Of a stretch of 64,000 bases of DNA, positions 49,951 through 62,700 are shown piece by piece. The notes under the pieces were generated by a model, which was given only the letters and a program-made list of their open reading frames with translations, made no database searches and was not told the DNA's origin. Source of the stretch: Mobula hypostoma (Eukaryota); assembly GCF_963921235.1 (NCBI RefSeq), contig NC_086097.1, forward strand, positions 196,604,001 to 196,668,000. Direction: 5' to 3'. A program made the translations under genes and the position numbers. Within the stretch, counting starts at the first letter, position 1, and each line of letters begins with the position of its first letter.

Positions 49951-52694
49951 ACAGCAGTTTATTTAGACTGAGGAGGATGACAGACTATAACACATTTCTC
50001 CTCAGCAGTGCCCATGAAATAGGTTCACACCAATGAGAACATAAAATAATGACACCACTAGACTTACAAAAATTCTGCATTACCCCCTAAATATCTTCAC
50101 CATACCAGAAGAGTATTAAATTCCTCTACAAACATGCATAATAAGGTTTTGAATGCAATGAGGAGATATCTGTTTAAACTATTGGCCCACAGGAAACTAA
50201 TCATTTGGAAAACATCTTTCCAGTTACAGTTAAGGGATTGGTTAGAGCCTTGAAGTTAAAAGCACCTGAATTGATTCTGGCTGGAACACTAAATTCTAGA
50301 GTAGAAGAATGTCTCACCCAGACAATTAGCTTTACATTGAATGTTCTTTTTTGCCGTTCACTTATACAGTCCATCTTGACTGAACAAGTTGAAACCTGTT
50401 ATTATCCTGACAATATATGGCAAGCAGTCAAACAAAAATAATATCACAACCAAAATGTTTAAAATATAATTAAATCATACCAGATTTGTAAGAAGTATTC
50501 ATAATCTGCCTGGAATTAACATTGCAAAGCGATCATTTACAAACTTACTATGTAAATTTACAAAGGAATATTATGGAGTTTAAACATTTCAGCATCATAA
50601 TGGAGTAGTTGACTTAAAGATAATTCATTCCATCTCTTTTGATACTGGTCTATAATGACCTTATGTTTCTTCTTCAAGTTAAACTTGTCACTTACAGTCA
50701 ACAAGACAAACCAACAATACCTCTGAGGAAACAGAGGATACCATCCTTCACTGACTTCCTGCAGAGACAGAGGCTGGTGTCTCTATCCATCATCTGTCCT
50801 TCCTGACCCCTGCTTCCCAGTGAAACCAGGATCAGCAAAAATGTCACAATAGGAGTTGGATTGCTTTATTGACATAATGACCCTATTCTATTGCACTACA
50901 ATCAACTTTAACAGAGGAATCTGTGTAAAAGTACTGTGTGGCTGATCACTTCCCTTTAAAATCATAGATCTTGTTTTGTGTGAAATCTCTGCATTGCACT
51001 TTAGTACTAAATTAATCCAACATTCAAGATTGCCTCCTTAAATTCAATTTAATTTGCATTTCCTTTAAACACTTACCAGTGCAAAAGGGCAACTGCAATG
51101 CACATAGGTGGACACTACTTTCAGATTCTAATTTTCGACTGCCAAGCAAAGCCACTTGATCTCCTGCCCTAGCAAGTTTATCTGCAGTGCTAGACCTTGA
51201 TGATTCAGTCTTTCTACTTCACAGGAAAATATTTACCCAATTTCTATCAGTAACTAACCTCTGCAGCAGCTGGAGTCTAAAGGATCACATTGAACATTAA
51301 GGCAGATACTAACAATGTAACAAACAGGAGCTGCCTAGGCAAATCACAAGGCAGAATACTAGGGAGTGTGGTAACAGTGCAAGGGAGTTGGCATAGATGG
51401 AATAAACAAACTTGCTTTAAAAACTGATCTAAGATGCAGATTCCCAATAGTGTACAGCAAAGAATGCAATGAGGTTCTGAGCAAGGAAGGAGCAAAGATC
51501 GGTTCCAGATTATACCTATCTTCAGAAGGTTACAATGGCAATTTATTAGCTGACAACCAATGTAAAACTTCTCAAAAGCTGGTAAAAAGAAAACTGTTGG
51601 ATCATCTACCACATCATCCACAGTAAGTCAAAGAATATAGTTTTTATTAACCTAAATTCAATCTGTATGTTCAACTGATTACTATTTCTTTCCTTTTCTC
51701 TTTCCTCATTTTATTTTCTTTTTCCTGGCTTCTTTATTGTTTTTCTCTGTCTCTTTGGTAGTAGGAAATAAGTAGTATAGTATCCAACAATAAGGTAATC
51801 CTTAGTAAGGGCAAGGATTGCAGGGAGAATGTATTTATTTGCCTTTTTTTGCATTTTCTTTCTCGCATTCCCAGTGTATTCACTCCACCCTCACACTGGC
51901 ACGATCCATTCCCTCTCCTGCACTTCCCCATTTTTTAATCACTAATTCCATCTCTCTTTCTTTAAGCTTCTTAGACTGGAGCAAACATACTTTACATCGG
52001 ATTCAAGGGAGGTCTACTTTACATCAAAAACATGATTCTCTGCCAAGATTCTACTACTACAGTGTTTTTAAAATGTTACTATAACCTCAAAAGGCTGCAC
52101 TGACTCATAGGTTCGGCAGATGTAAGAATGCATTTCTAATACAATCATTATTCTTCCTTCCAAGGCACTGTACTTATGGGGCAGCGAATGACAATTGGCA
52201 TTATGCCATGTGGAATTGAAATGGGAGATTAGTTTTTAAAATAAAAAAATATATTGAATATACAGAGCACAAAGGATTAGTTGTTTATTAACTCTATCTG
52301 GAATGTCTGTCATAGACCAGTACTCACTGTGCTGGAGCAGGGTGCCCATTACCGACATTGAGTTTCACCAACCAATGCAGCCATGAGCATGTTGAAAAAG
52401 AACAAAAGGTTACACAAAGAGCGATGGGCAAATGTTCATCAAAACACACTTTGTTCTACTTTAAATAGAAACTGCAGCAAGGATGCTGGAAGTCAGCCAA
52501 AATGTTTCATCAAGCATTCCTTGGTTCCAAAATGCAGTGCATCTTCTGAAAATTTTATAATGCCCTACTAGCATATTGCAACCTTCCAGCACATTAGTGC
52601 TTATACTCTTTTAATGTAATTATTTAGTTTATAATTACTTCCCATTGATTAAAGAATAACATCAGAAATTGACCTGTTTTCAGAATACCATACA

Positions 52695-53593
52695 TAGTGG
52701 ATTTCAGTTCATTGAGCCCTTGGTTAAACAGAGCAGCTGCCTACTTGGGACAACTCTTAAAGAATAAAAACTCATCAAGAAAATAGCTGGGATTCCTTTT
52801 GTTTACTGGGACACTATGCCACTTAATTGGGATGGGGGCTGTTGCCAAACAGCTTCTAACTAGTGTCAGTAGTGTGTACTTATCAGGCCATTAGTGTCTA
52901 CACTACACCATACTCAGAGCAAACAGTTTTTAAAGAGTCTGTTTATGTTTGTGTTCAAAAAACAGTAATTTTTGTCACTGATAGTTGGTGAGAATAAGCA
53001 GGAAGACAATTCAGAACTGCTTGGCTCACTGTAGTTTCAAGCATTCAGACTTGGAGATGCCAGAAACGGCCAGGAGTGAAAATGAGACAATTTCACTACT
53101 TCGACAAGTTAAGAATTATGAAGGACTTGAAGGTATCGACAATCATCTTGAAAGTTACAATGAAAGTGAAGATTTGGAGAATGCAGTCATTGAAAGCATT
53201 GTATGAAGGCAGACCATTATCTACACTAGGTATCTGCGCTAATTTTGTTCATTTACAGTAATGAAAAGAACATTTTGCCTGATGCCGGCCCCCTAAGCCT
53301 GAGTCAATGTAGTGGTAGTAGTAAAAGAACATGGCAGCGTATACCGGGTGAATTCCTCCATTGATAGCTATTAGGAAATATCTCACAGTATTATCATATT
53401 GTGGTGGTATTGGTAGATTCTAATTTGTTCTGTGTTTCATTTAAATACATAAATTATTACTCAGTTAAACAGTAGTTTGTCTTATTTTATACCTTTTTAA
53501 CTATTTCCATGAAAATTTAGCTAATTGGGGCAGCCACTTAATTGGCCCAAAATACTCTGATCCTGATCTGTCCCAAATAATCGGAATCTACTG
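52695..53593 (+). mobile_element. Tigger/pogo-like non-autonomous element
   Basis: Diverged TIRs (tagtggatttcagttcattg versus reverse complement cagtagattccgattatttg); peptide ISRKTIQNCLAHCSFK resembles the Tigger C-terminal TI.NC..HCGF motif. Confidence 0.65.
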
Positions 53594-53964
53594 TGTTCAA
53601 AAATATACTACTTATGGTGAAAATCTGAAATGAAAACAGAGAACATTAGAAATATTCAGCAGACCCTGGCTGTTGACTTAAAGTATTAAGTATCTTGCCT
53701 TCCTCAGAAAAGGAATGCTGACCATCCTTGATAATTATCAGTGCTTTTTAACAAGTGAATTAAAAACTTGTGGTTGCAAACTGTCATCGTTAGACTCAAT
53801 GCTAATTGCTCTTCGGATGCAGAGTGATAAGCTCAATACTGAAAACCTCCATATAGCAGAAGAGCTATTTTAAAGCTGCACTGAGACAATGCCTAAAACT
53901 AATCCAAATACATACATTAGGCTTTGGAAATCTGAAACAAAAGCAGCAAATACTGGAAATATTT

Positions 53965-54311
53965 CAGCACCCAGCACCCAGGGCATGCCCTTTTCTCACT
54001 GTTACTATCAGGTGGGAGGTATAGAAGCCTGAAGGCACACACTCAGCGATTCAGGAACAGCTTCATCCCCTCTGCCATCCGATTCCTAAATGGATATTCA
54101 AGCTTGGACGCTATCTCACTTTTTAATATATATTATTTCTGTTTTTTGCATAATTTTTAATCTATTCAATATACATGTATTGTAGTTGATTTATTTATTT
54201 ATTATTATTATATTTTGTTTTTTTTTCTATATTATGTACTGCATTGGACTGCTGCTGCTAAGTTAACAAATTTCACGTTACATGCATGATAATAAATCTG
54301 ATTCTGATTCT
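53965..54311 (+). mobile_element. Rex1/Babar 3' end insertion
   Basis: HPGHALFSLL.SG.RYRSLK.HTQRFRNSF.PSAIRFLN; (attctg)n tail; TSD gaaatattt at 53956-53964 and 54312-54320. Confidence 0.85.
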
Positions 54312-54569
54312 GAAATATTTACATCAGGCAGTCTCCATAAGTTTTACTGATAAATTCTGGAAGTTCATGACTGAAATTTCAAAACTTCAGCATATGCAGT
54401 AATCAAATCCAAATATTTAAATTCACTTACATATTTTTGACAGTGAATCTGTCAGTACACTCATACATAGGTCTAACAGCAGGGCAGAAATTTGTGAGAT
54501 TCAGATCAGATCAGTTGCAGGATCTAGACACCACTCAATTCAATGCAGATTTTAAAGATAAGAGAAGAA

Positions 54570-55890
54570 ATGTAAGAATAAAGACCTTAAGACATAGGAG
54601 CAGAATTAGACCATTCAGCCCATCGACTCTACTCCACCATTTCATCATGGCTAATCCCAGATCTCATTCAACCCTATACACCTGCCCTCCCATCATATCC
54701 CTTGATGCCCTGACCAATCAGGAATCTATCAACTTCCGCTTTGAACATACCAAAGGACTTGGCGTCCCCCGCAGTCTGTGGCACAGCATTCCACAGATTC
54801 ACCACTCTTTGGCTAAAAAAGATCCTTCTTACTTCTGTTCTAGAAGGTCACCCCTGCCCTTTTGTTCTGGACACCCCCACCATAGGAAATATCCTCTCAT
54901 ATCCACCTTATCTAGTCCTTTCAACGTTCGATAGGCCTTAATGAGGTCCCTCCGCATTCTTCTAAATTCCAGTGAGTACAGGCCCAAAGCTGCTAAACGC
55001 TCCTCATATGTTAACCCCTTCATTCCCAGATTCATCCCTGTGAATCTCCTCTGGACTCTCTCCAACGACAATATATCCTTTTTGAAATAAGGGGCCCAAA
55101 ACTGTCAGGAGGAGAAGATGGCAGCGCACCGCACGTGTGCAGCCCTCTGGTGAAAAATGATATCGTATCTGTTAAATAGGGGCCATGGACAATTCTAATT
55201 TGATGGAGAATGGATGTGAAAGCACAGAGGAACATCTGGAGAAATTTCTGAAACGCCCATTCGCTACTGTCATTACTGTGTGGTCGTGAATCTTTTGGAG
55301 GGTAGGCCTCAAAATCCCCAGCCTTGCCTGCTTTTGGCGACCGAGAAGGAGGTTGAATCGTTCGGACAGAGATGGCGCTCAGTACTCGGTGTCGGAGAGC
55401 TGATCAGAGCTCGAAGTTTTCCAATGACTCAGAGTCGGATTGTGGTCAGCATGGCAGGGAGAGTTTTTCCTTCTTCTCCTGTCAGCGTGACATGTGGGAC
55501 ATTTGAGAAACTTTGAACTTTACTGTGCTCACGGACTTCTTCATCAAGTTATGGTATTGTGTACTGTTGTAACTATATGTTATAATTACGTGGTTTTGTC
55601 AGTTTTTTCAGTCTTGGTTTGTCCTGTGTTTTGTGATATCACACCGGAGGAAATATTGTATCATTTCTTAATGCATGCATTACTAAATGACAATAAAAGA
55701 GGACTACGTGTCTTCATAATCATAAAACTGTTGACAATACTCCAAGTGCAGCCTGACTAGTGTCTTATAAAACCTCAGCATTATCTCGTTTTTATATTCT
55801 ATTTCCTGTGAAATAAATGCCAACATTGCATTTGCCTTCTTTACCACAGACTCAACCTGTGAATTAACCTTCTGGGAGTCTTGCACGAGG
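54570..55890 (-). mobile_element. CR1 3' fragment interrupted by a 618-bp insertion
   Basis: SLERVQRRFT, LGLYSLEFRRMR.DL, LVRLHLEYCQQF; ggggcccaaaactgt-tgacaatactcc is continuous across the insert. Confidence 0.88.
55106..55723 (+). mobile_element. Non-coding, non-autonomous retroposon (SINE-like, no tRNA head seen)
   Basis: 8-bp TSD aaaactgt (55098-55105 and 55724-55731); starts caggaggagaagatggcag; ends aataaa...cataatcat. Confidence 0.8.
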
Positions 55891-56759
55891 ACTCTTAATT
55901 CCATTTTAATCGGTTTATTATTGACACATGAACCAAAATACAGGGGGGAAACTGAGTATTGTATACCATCAAGGAAAATAATTTCAAAACATAGAGACAA
56001 AGGTAGTACAATGAGAAAACAAAAACAGATTGCAGAATACAGTGTTCTCAGACAGTTACAGAGAAAATCTACTTTGGTTAGACAATAAAGTGCAAGGACA
56101 ATAATGAGGTAGATTGCAAGGTCAAGAGTTCATTCTGTAACTTTTTAAAATAATGACATTTGAATCTTTTGGAATATCAGAAGTACTCCAAAGCCTGGCA
56201 GACTTAACAAACAACAAAGTTGGCACCATTACTCTATAACTATTAATTTCTTAGCAGTTTCATAGGTGGGACTTTATTCATTGCACCCAGATGTCCCAGT
56301 ACATCCTGGAATGCCGTGACCTTGGCATTGAACCCAGGTAAGACTGAGGCAATGATTTATCTGACTGCTGAGTCAGCATAACCAAATTGAGATCAGTATT
56401 TTTGGATGTACAAAAATTTCCTTTAACTAAAAAAAGCACTAAAACAAAAGAATTAAAAGATTAGCTTTATTTGTTGTATGTACATTGAAACCTACAGTGA
56501 AATACATTTGCGTCAACAGCCAACACAATCTGAATACGCACTGACAAGTGTCGCTTCCCTCCATTGCCAACATAACATGCCCACAATATTTACTAACCCC
56601 CATGAAATAGCTTCACAGCCAAACTTTATTTTGAAGCAGTCTGGAATAAATAATTCTATCACAAGGAAAGTGTGCCACACAATCAGAGTGACAGGATTTT
56701 TCAGCATAAAAAACTGCCTTTGGCCCATCATACCCACACTAATCAGTTTTATTCATCTA

Positions 56760-57165
56760 CACTAATCCCATTTGCCTCAACCAGAGCTGTAACATTTTAT
56801 ACCTTACCTTAAATGCCTACCTAAATACCTCCTATTGTATCTGATTCCACCACCTCCTCTGGCAGCAAGTTTCAGATATCAACCACTCTCTGAATGAAAA
56901 TCTTACCCATCAGATCTCCTTTAAAACTCCATTCTTTCACATTAAATGTATTCCTCATGTTTTTGATACCCCTGCCATGGGAAAGCAATTCTGCCTATAC
57001 ACCACATCTATGCCTCTCATAATCATATATAGTTCCTAAACGACACCCCTCAGTCTCCTTCATCCCAGGAAAAAAAACAAGTCAAGTCTACCTGAGCTTT
57101 CTTCATAACTAAGGTCTCCAATCCAGGCAACATCCTGATGAATCTCCTCTGCACTCCAGTGCAAT
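56760..57165 (-). mobile_element. Old CR1 3' fragment
   Basis: Relics caaccactctctg, atccaggcaacatcctg.tgaatctcctctgcac, matching the other CR1 3' regions. Confidence 0.65.
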
Positions 57166-58039
57166 CACTGAAATTTCTCACAAGGACAGAATGAGATGGA
57201 TTTCACTTGGTTCAGCCATCTCTAAGATCAAGTCTGTTTTAGGCATGTGTAAGCAGACTGTTAAAGAGTGAGAGACATTGGAAGAAAGCCAAAAGCAAAA
57301 GTATGTCATTTGTGGGTCACAAATAACTTGATATGCAAAATAAATCAAAATATAAAGCAATATAATCAAATAGCAGGTGACCTAAAAGAACAATGGAGGA
57401 GAACTAATGACGGCCCTGAAGAATTGACATGATAAGTGACAATTTTTAGGATACTTTCAGCCAAAACCCTAAACAAAAAAAATCCCGCTGGAAGCAATCA
57501 TGCAGTACTATATTCAAACAAAGCAATCCTCTTGTGGCCACCATTAAATTGTATGGAGAACAGTTCATGGTTTTGTCTGATTAAGATACTCTGAACTTCT
57601 TTAGAGAAAGAAAAGTTCCATACATATACACTTAATTTAAAATTATATGCAACTACAACATTAAAAAATTGCCAAATATCACACAAGCACTACAATGTAA
57701 ATAGTTATCTAAAGGTTATACATTACTCAGGCTTTGCTATTGCAGCTTCCCTCAAAATTAATTAGAAACTTTAATAAATCACATCTGAAATTATTTAATA
57801 TCCAAATGAAAACATGGAAATGAAGCAAATGATCAGCAAGAATTCTCGAATTTTATTTTGGAAAAAAATGCTGTATGTGTGACACCTGGAGATTAGCAAC
57901 AAATAAATCACAGATTATCTAAAATTGTGTAGATCATTCAAGGTTTGTGAGACCAAAAAGACATTTCACATAAATGCCATTAGACTGACACACTTAGTTC
58001 AATTTAATTTAAGAGCTTTATTTTAGCTTTCAGCTTTGT

Positions 58040-58290
58040 GTCCCAAAGGCTGATCAACACCTCTAACCACATAACCCACCCCACCAGTACTTCAGCATTT
58101 CCTGTCAGTCACCTTATCTACTGACACTCTTGTGCTTAGAACATCCAATGTATATAAGCTACCTTATGTAATTTTATTTATTGTTTTTTAAATTATTGTG
58201 TTCTTTATCTTGCTGTGTTTTATGTGCTGCATCGGATCTGAAGAAACAATTATTTCATTCTCCTTTACACTTGTTTACAGGAAATGACGT
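58040..58290 (+). mobile_element. Rex1-like 3' tail
   Basis: Similar to the reverse complement of 48864-49150; ends aaacaatcttgattcttga. Confidence 0.6.
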
Positions 58291-58874
58291 TAAACAATCT
58301 TGATTCTTGAGAATCCATTGTCCAAAATTTGTTGACATCACATCAAGGGCAGAGTTGCAGTAGGTACTCAAAATGGATGTTAACAACGTCTCTGTACCTT
58401 ACAAATTTATCTAAAATTTCACTCTTTTTGGGATGGGGCCATGCATATTTTGGCCCATAAATGATCTTGGTGGTCCTTGTACACCCTACATGCGCCATAA
58501 CTCGCAACTCCATTTCCATCCAGCATTTATTCTTTAGGTTAAGGACTTTCTGCTGGGCTTCTGTATTTAAAAGGCACTGTTCCTTTTCCTTAAAGCAATG
58601 GTAAGTCTCCACAAATGCCTAACATTTGTTTTTAATTCATCGCTCGATCTTTTGGTCATTCTCGGCATACCATTCTTAGTTATTTTTGTAAAGCATCCAA
58701 TTCAAATAGGCGACTTTGTTCTGGATGGTGTTCAGTTTCTTGAGTGTTGTTGGAACTGAACTCATTCAGTCAGGTAGGAAATATTCCATTATATTCCTGA
58801 CTGGTGCTTTATAGAAAGCAGGGTGCTTTGGGACGTCAGAAGGAAAGTTAGCTCCAACTGTAAACCCTGCCTCT

Positions 58875-59272
58875 GACTTGAGACCTTTCAAATTGATGGC
58901 ATGAATATCGATTTCTCATTTTTGAAACAAAATTCCCCTGCCCTTTCTCTCTTCCCCACTCTGACCTTTTACCTCTGCTCATGTGCCTATCACTTCCCCT
59001 GGGTCCCCTCCTCCTTCCCTTTCTCCTTTGGTCCACTCTCCTCTCCTATCAGATTCCTTCTTTTCCAGCCCTTGACCTTCTCCACCCACCTGACTTCACC
59101 CATCACCTTTTAGCTAGACTCTTTCTCCTCCCCTCACCTTTTTATTCTGGTGTCATTCCCCTTCCTTCTCAGTCCTGAAGAAGGGTTTCGGCCTGAAAGG
59201 TTGACTTGTTTATTCATTTCCGTAGATGCTGACTGACCTGCTGAGTTCTTCCAGCATTGTGTGTGTGTTGCT
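58875..59272 (+). mobile_element. Penelope-like element 3' end (ORF C-terminus, pyrimidine-rich UTR, terminal repeat)
   Basis: LETFQIDGMNIDFS resembles the GIY-YIG C-terminal L.TL.P.G.N motif; CT-rich tract 58930-59170; terminal repeat homologous to the fold-back arms (agatgctg.ctg.cctgctg). Confidence 0.7.
59170..59207 (+). ncRNA. Minimal type I hammerhead ribozyme motif (probably degenerate)
   Basis: agtc-CTGAAGA-AGG-gtttcgg-CCT-GAAA-gg-TT-gact: CUGANGA and GAAA core, 3-bp stem II, 4-bp stem I. The ACGU palindrome seen in the other copies is AGGU here. Confidence 0.7.
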
Positions 59273-59799
59273 TTGACTTGATTGCAGCCATAGTATTTAT
59301 GATGCTTGTGCAATGGAGGTTCTGATCAACAATGACTATCAGGAGGTTGATAATAGGAGAGTCAGCATTGCTAATGTCTTTGACTGTCAAGAGACTGTAG
59401 CAAGGCTCTCATGTTGGAAAGGTCACTACAGGTCCTCACCAGTTTATAAAGGCCCAACTCATTTACAATTTGTACCTATGAATGAGCGCTTGGGAGACCA
59501 GTGGAATGGATTTATCGGCTGCTGCAGTGCTGCAGACTGCTCAGTATGCAACAGCATTTCTGACTTGCGAATTGTTGAGGTTACAAACAGTTCACAGGAG
59601 CAGATCCCTGTCGTAACCTCAGGAGGCCCTATACCTGACGCTTTTCACACAAGTGTTCTTGCCAGTTACTTGCAAATACCCAAAAGTTGTCAAGCAGGCA
59701 AAGACTGTTGCATTTTCTGAGAAACTGCAAACAGAATTGAACAACTTGTAATCTTCACGTGACAATCCACAATTCTGACCTTCCGATGGAAGTAAACTC

Positions 59800-62700
59800 T
59801 TTTTCTCTTTTCTTTTTTTTCAATCTTTTTATTAATTTCATAGAATGAAAACATAACACAGCAAAAATACAAGTAGTAGGAGATACATTGTTACATTTAA
59901 AATGAGTAATTGTAAAACCAAATAGTAAAAATTGACAAAGCTCCTAATCGTGTAGAATAATAATGAATAATACAAAGCAAAAAAAACCTGGAAGAAAAAT
60001 CATGAAAAAGAAAAAAAAGAGAAAAAAAAACAAACCCCATCCCAAAAAAAAACTAAACAGAATTAGTCAACTAAACTAAAAGACTTGGGCAATACTAACA
60101 ACTTGAAAATGGGAAAGAAGAAAACCTTAGTGTCGATGACTCCATTCCTCTCAACCAACAGTACAGAGAAATAAAACAAGTTTGGAAATGGTCAAATTAC
60201 ATCAAATGAAAATGCTGAATGAATGGCCTCCAAGTTTTTTCAAATCTAATGGAAGGGTCATAAACCGCACTTCTAATTTTTTCCAAGTTCAAACATACCA
60301 TAGTTTGTGAAAACCAATGAAATACTGTAGGAGGGTTAATCTCTTTCCAATTCAGCAAAATGGATCTTCTAGCCATTAGAGTAAGAAATGCAATCATCCT
60401 ACGTGCTGAAGAGGTTAGATAATTTGAATCTATCATTGGTAATCCAAAGCTAGCAGTAATTGGATGAGGTTGTAAGTCTATATTCAAAACCGTTGAAATA
60501 ATGTCAAAAATGTCTTTCCAATATTTTTTCAACAAAGGACATGACCAAAACATGTGAGTTAAAGAAGCTATCTCGGAATGACACCTATCACGTATTGGAT
60601 TAATATAAGAGTAATAACGAGATAGTTTATCTTTGGACATATGGGCCCTGTGCACTACTTTAAACTGTATCAACACATGTTTAGCACATATAGAGGATGA
60701 ATTCACCAACTGAAGAATTTTTTCCCATTTTTCAATCGGTATAATAATGTTAAGTTCACTTTCCCAGTCAGCTTTAATTTTATTGGTAACATCAGGACAT
60801 AAATTCATAATTATATTATATATAATTGCTACAACACTTTTCTGAGAGAGATTTAAATCAAAAATTTTTTCCAAAATATCCATTGGATATGCGTGTGGAA
60901 AATTAGGAGAAACAGTAATTAAAAAGTTTCTAATCTGCAGATATCTAAAAAAAGTGAGATCTGGGTAAGTTATATTTACTAGAAAGCTGATCAAAAGACA
61001 TGAAACAATTGTCCAGAAATAAATCACGAAAACGTATTATACCTTTGGTTTTCCAATCAAAGTAAGCTTGATCCATAGTGGAAGGTTGAAAAAGGAAATT
61101 AGATATAATAGGACTTGCTAAAATAAATTGATTAAACCCAAAAAATCTTCGAAATAGAAACCATATACGTAAAGTATGCTTAACTATTGGATTATTCATT
61201 AGTTTATACAATTTGGAAGAAGTAAAAGGAAGCGAAGTTCCTAAAACCAAACCCAAGGAAAACCCTTGTAATGAATTACATTCAAGATTTACCCACTGTG
61301 GATTTAAAGATACATCCAAATCTCGTAACCAAAATTTTAAATATCGAATATTAATTGCCCAATAATAGATTCTGAAATTCGGGAGGGCAAGCCCCCCCTC
61401 CTTTTTGGGTTTCTGTAAATACCTTTTACCTAACCTAGGATTTTTGTTCTGCCATATATATGAGGAAATTTTTGAGTCTACATTATCAAAAAAAGATTTT
61501 GGGATAAAAATTGAAACCGATTGAAATACATATAAAAATTTGGGCAAAATAATCATCTTAATAGCATTAATCCGACCAGTCAAAGACAAAGAGATTGGTG
61601 ACCATTTGGTAAACAAAAGTTTAATCTGATCAATTAAAGGTAAAAAATTAGCTTTAAATAAATATTTATACTTTTTCGTAATTGTTAACCCTAAATATAT
61701 AAATGAATCAGTAACCAATTTAAATGGTAAATGTCCATAAATAGGTACCTGCTTATTTAGGGGGAATAATTCACTCTTATTAACATTCAATTTGTAACTA
61801 GAAAAATTACTAAATTGAGCCAACAAACCTAGAATAGCAGGAATTGACTTCTCCGGATTGGAGATGTATAACAACAAATCATCTGCATATAGTGATAATT
61901 TATGTGTTTCGTTTCCACGGGTAATACCAAAAATATTGGGTGAGTCATGGATAGCAATTGCTAAAGGTTCAAGGGCGATATTAAATAGTAAAGGACTAAG
62001 AGGACTTCCTTGCCTAGTACCACGAAAAAGACGATGAAAAGGAGATCTATGATTATTAGTACAAACCAAGGCTACCAGGGAGTAATATAACAATTTAATC
62101 CAAGATATAAATGTCAGACTAAAATTAAATTTCTCAAGAACATTAAATAAATAAGGCCATTCGACTCTGTCAAAGGCTTTCTCAGCATCTAATGAGATAA
62201 TACATTCCGGGGTAGTAAGTGAGAGAATATAAACAATATTCATTAACCTCCTAATATTAAAGGATGAATGACGATTTTTAATAAATCCGGTTTGATCCAT
62301 AGATATAATTTGAGGTAATACCTTCTCTAACCTAGTTGCTAGAATTTTTGAAAAAATTTTTGAACCTACATTCAAAAGAGATATCGGTCTATATGATGCA
62401 CAATCAGTAGGATCTTTATTCTTTTTAAGGATTAAGGAAATAGAGGCTTCGTAAAACGATTGTGGTAATTTACCTAAACTGATTGCTTCTTTGAATATTC
62501 TAGACAACCTTGGAGAGAGAATGGAGGAAAAACATTTTTTAAATTCCACTGTAAACCCATTCGGACCGGGTGCTTTACCAGCATTCAATGATGAGATTGC
62601 AGATATTACTTCTTCCTTTGTAATGGGAGTTTCTAATGATAAACAATCTTCGGGTGATAATTTCGGGAAATTCAACTTACCTAGAAAATCATGCATGAAA

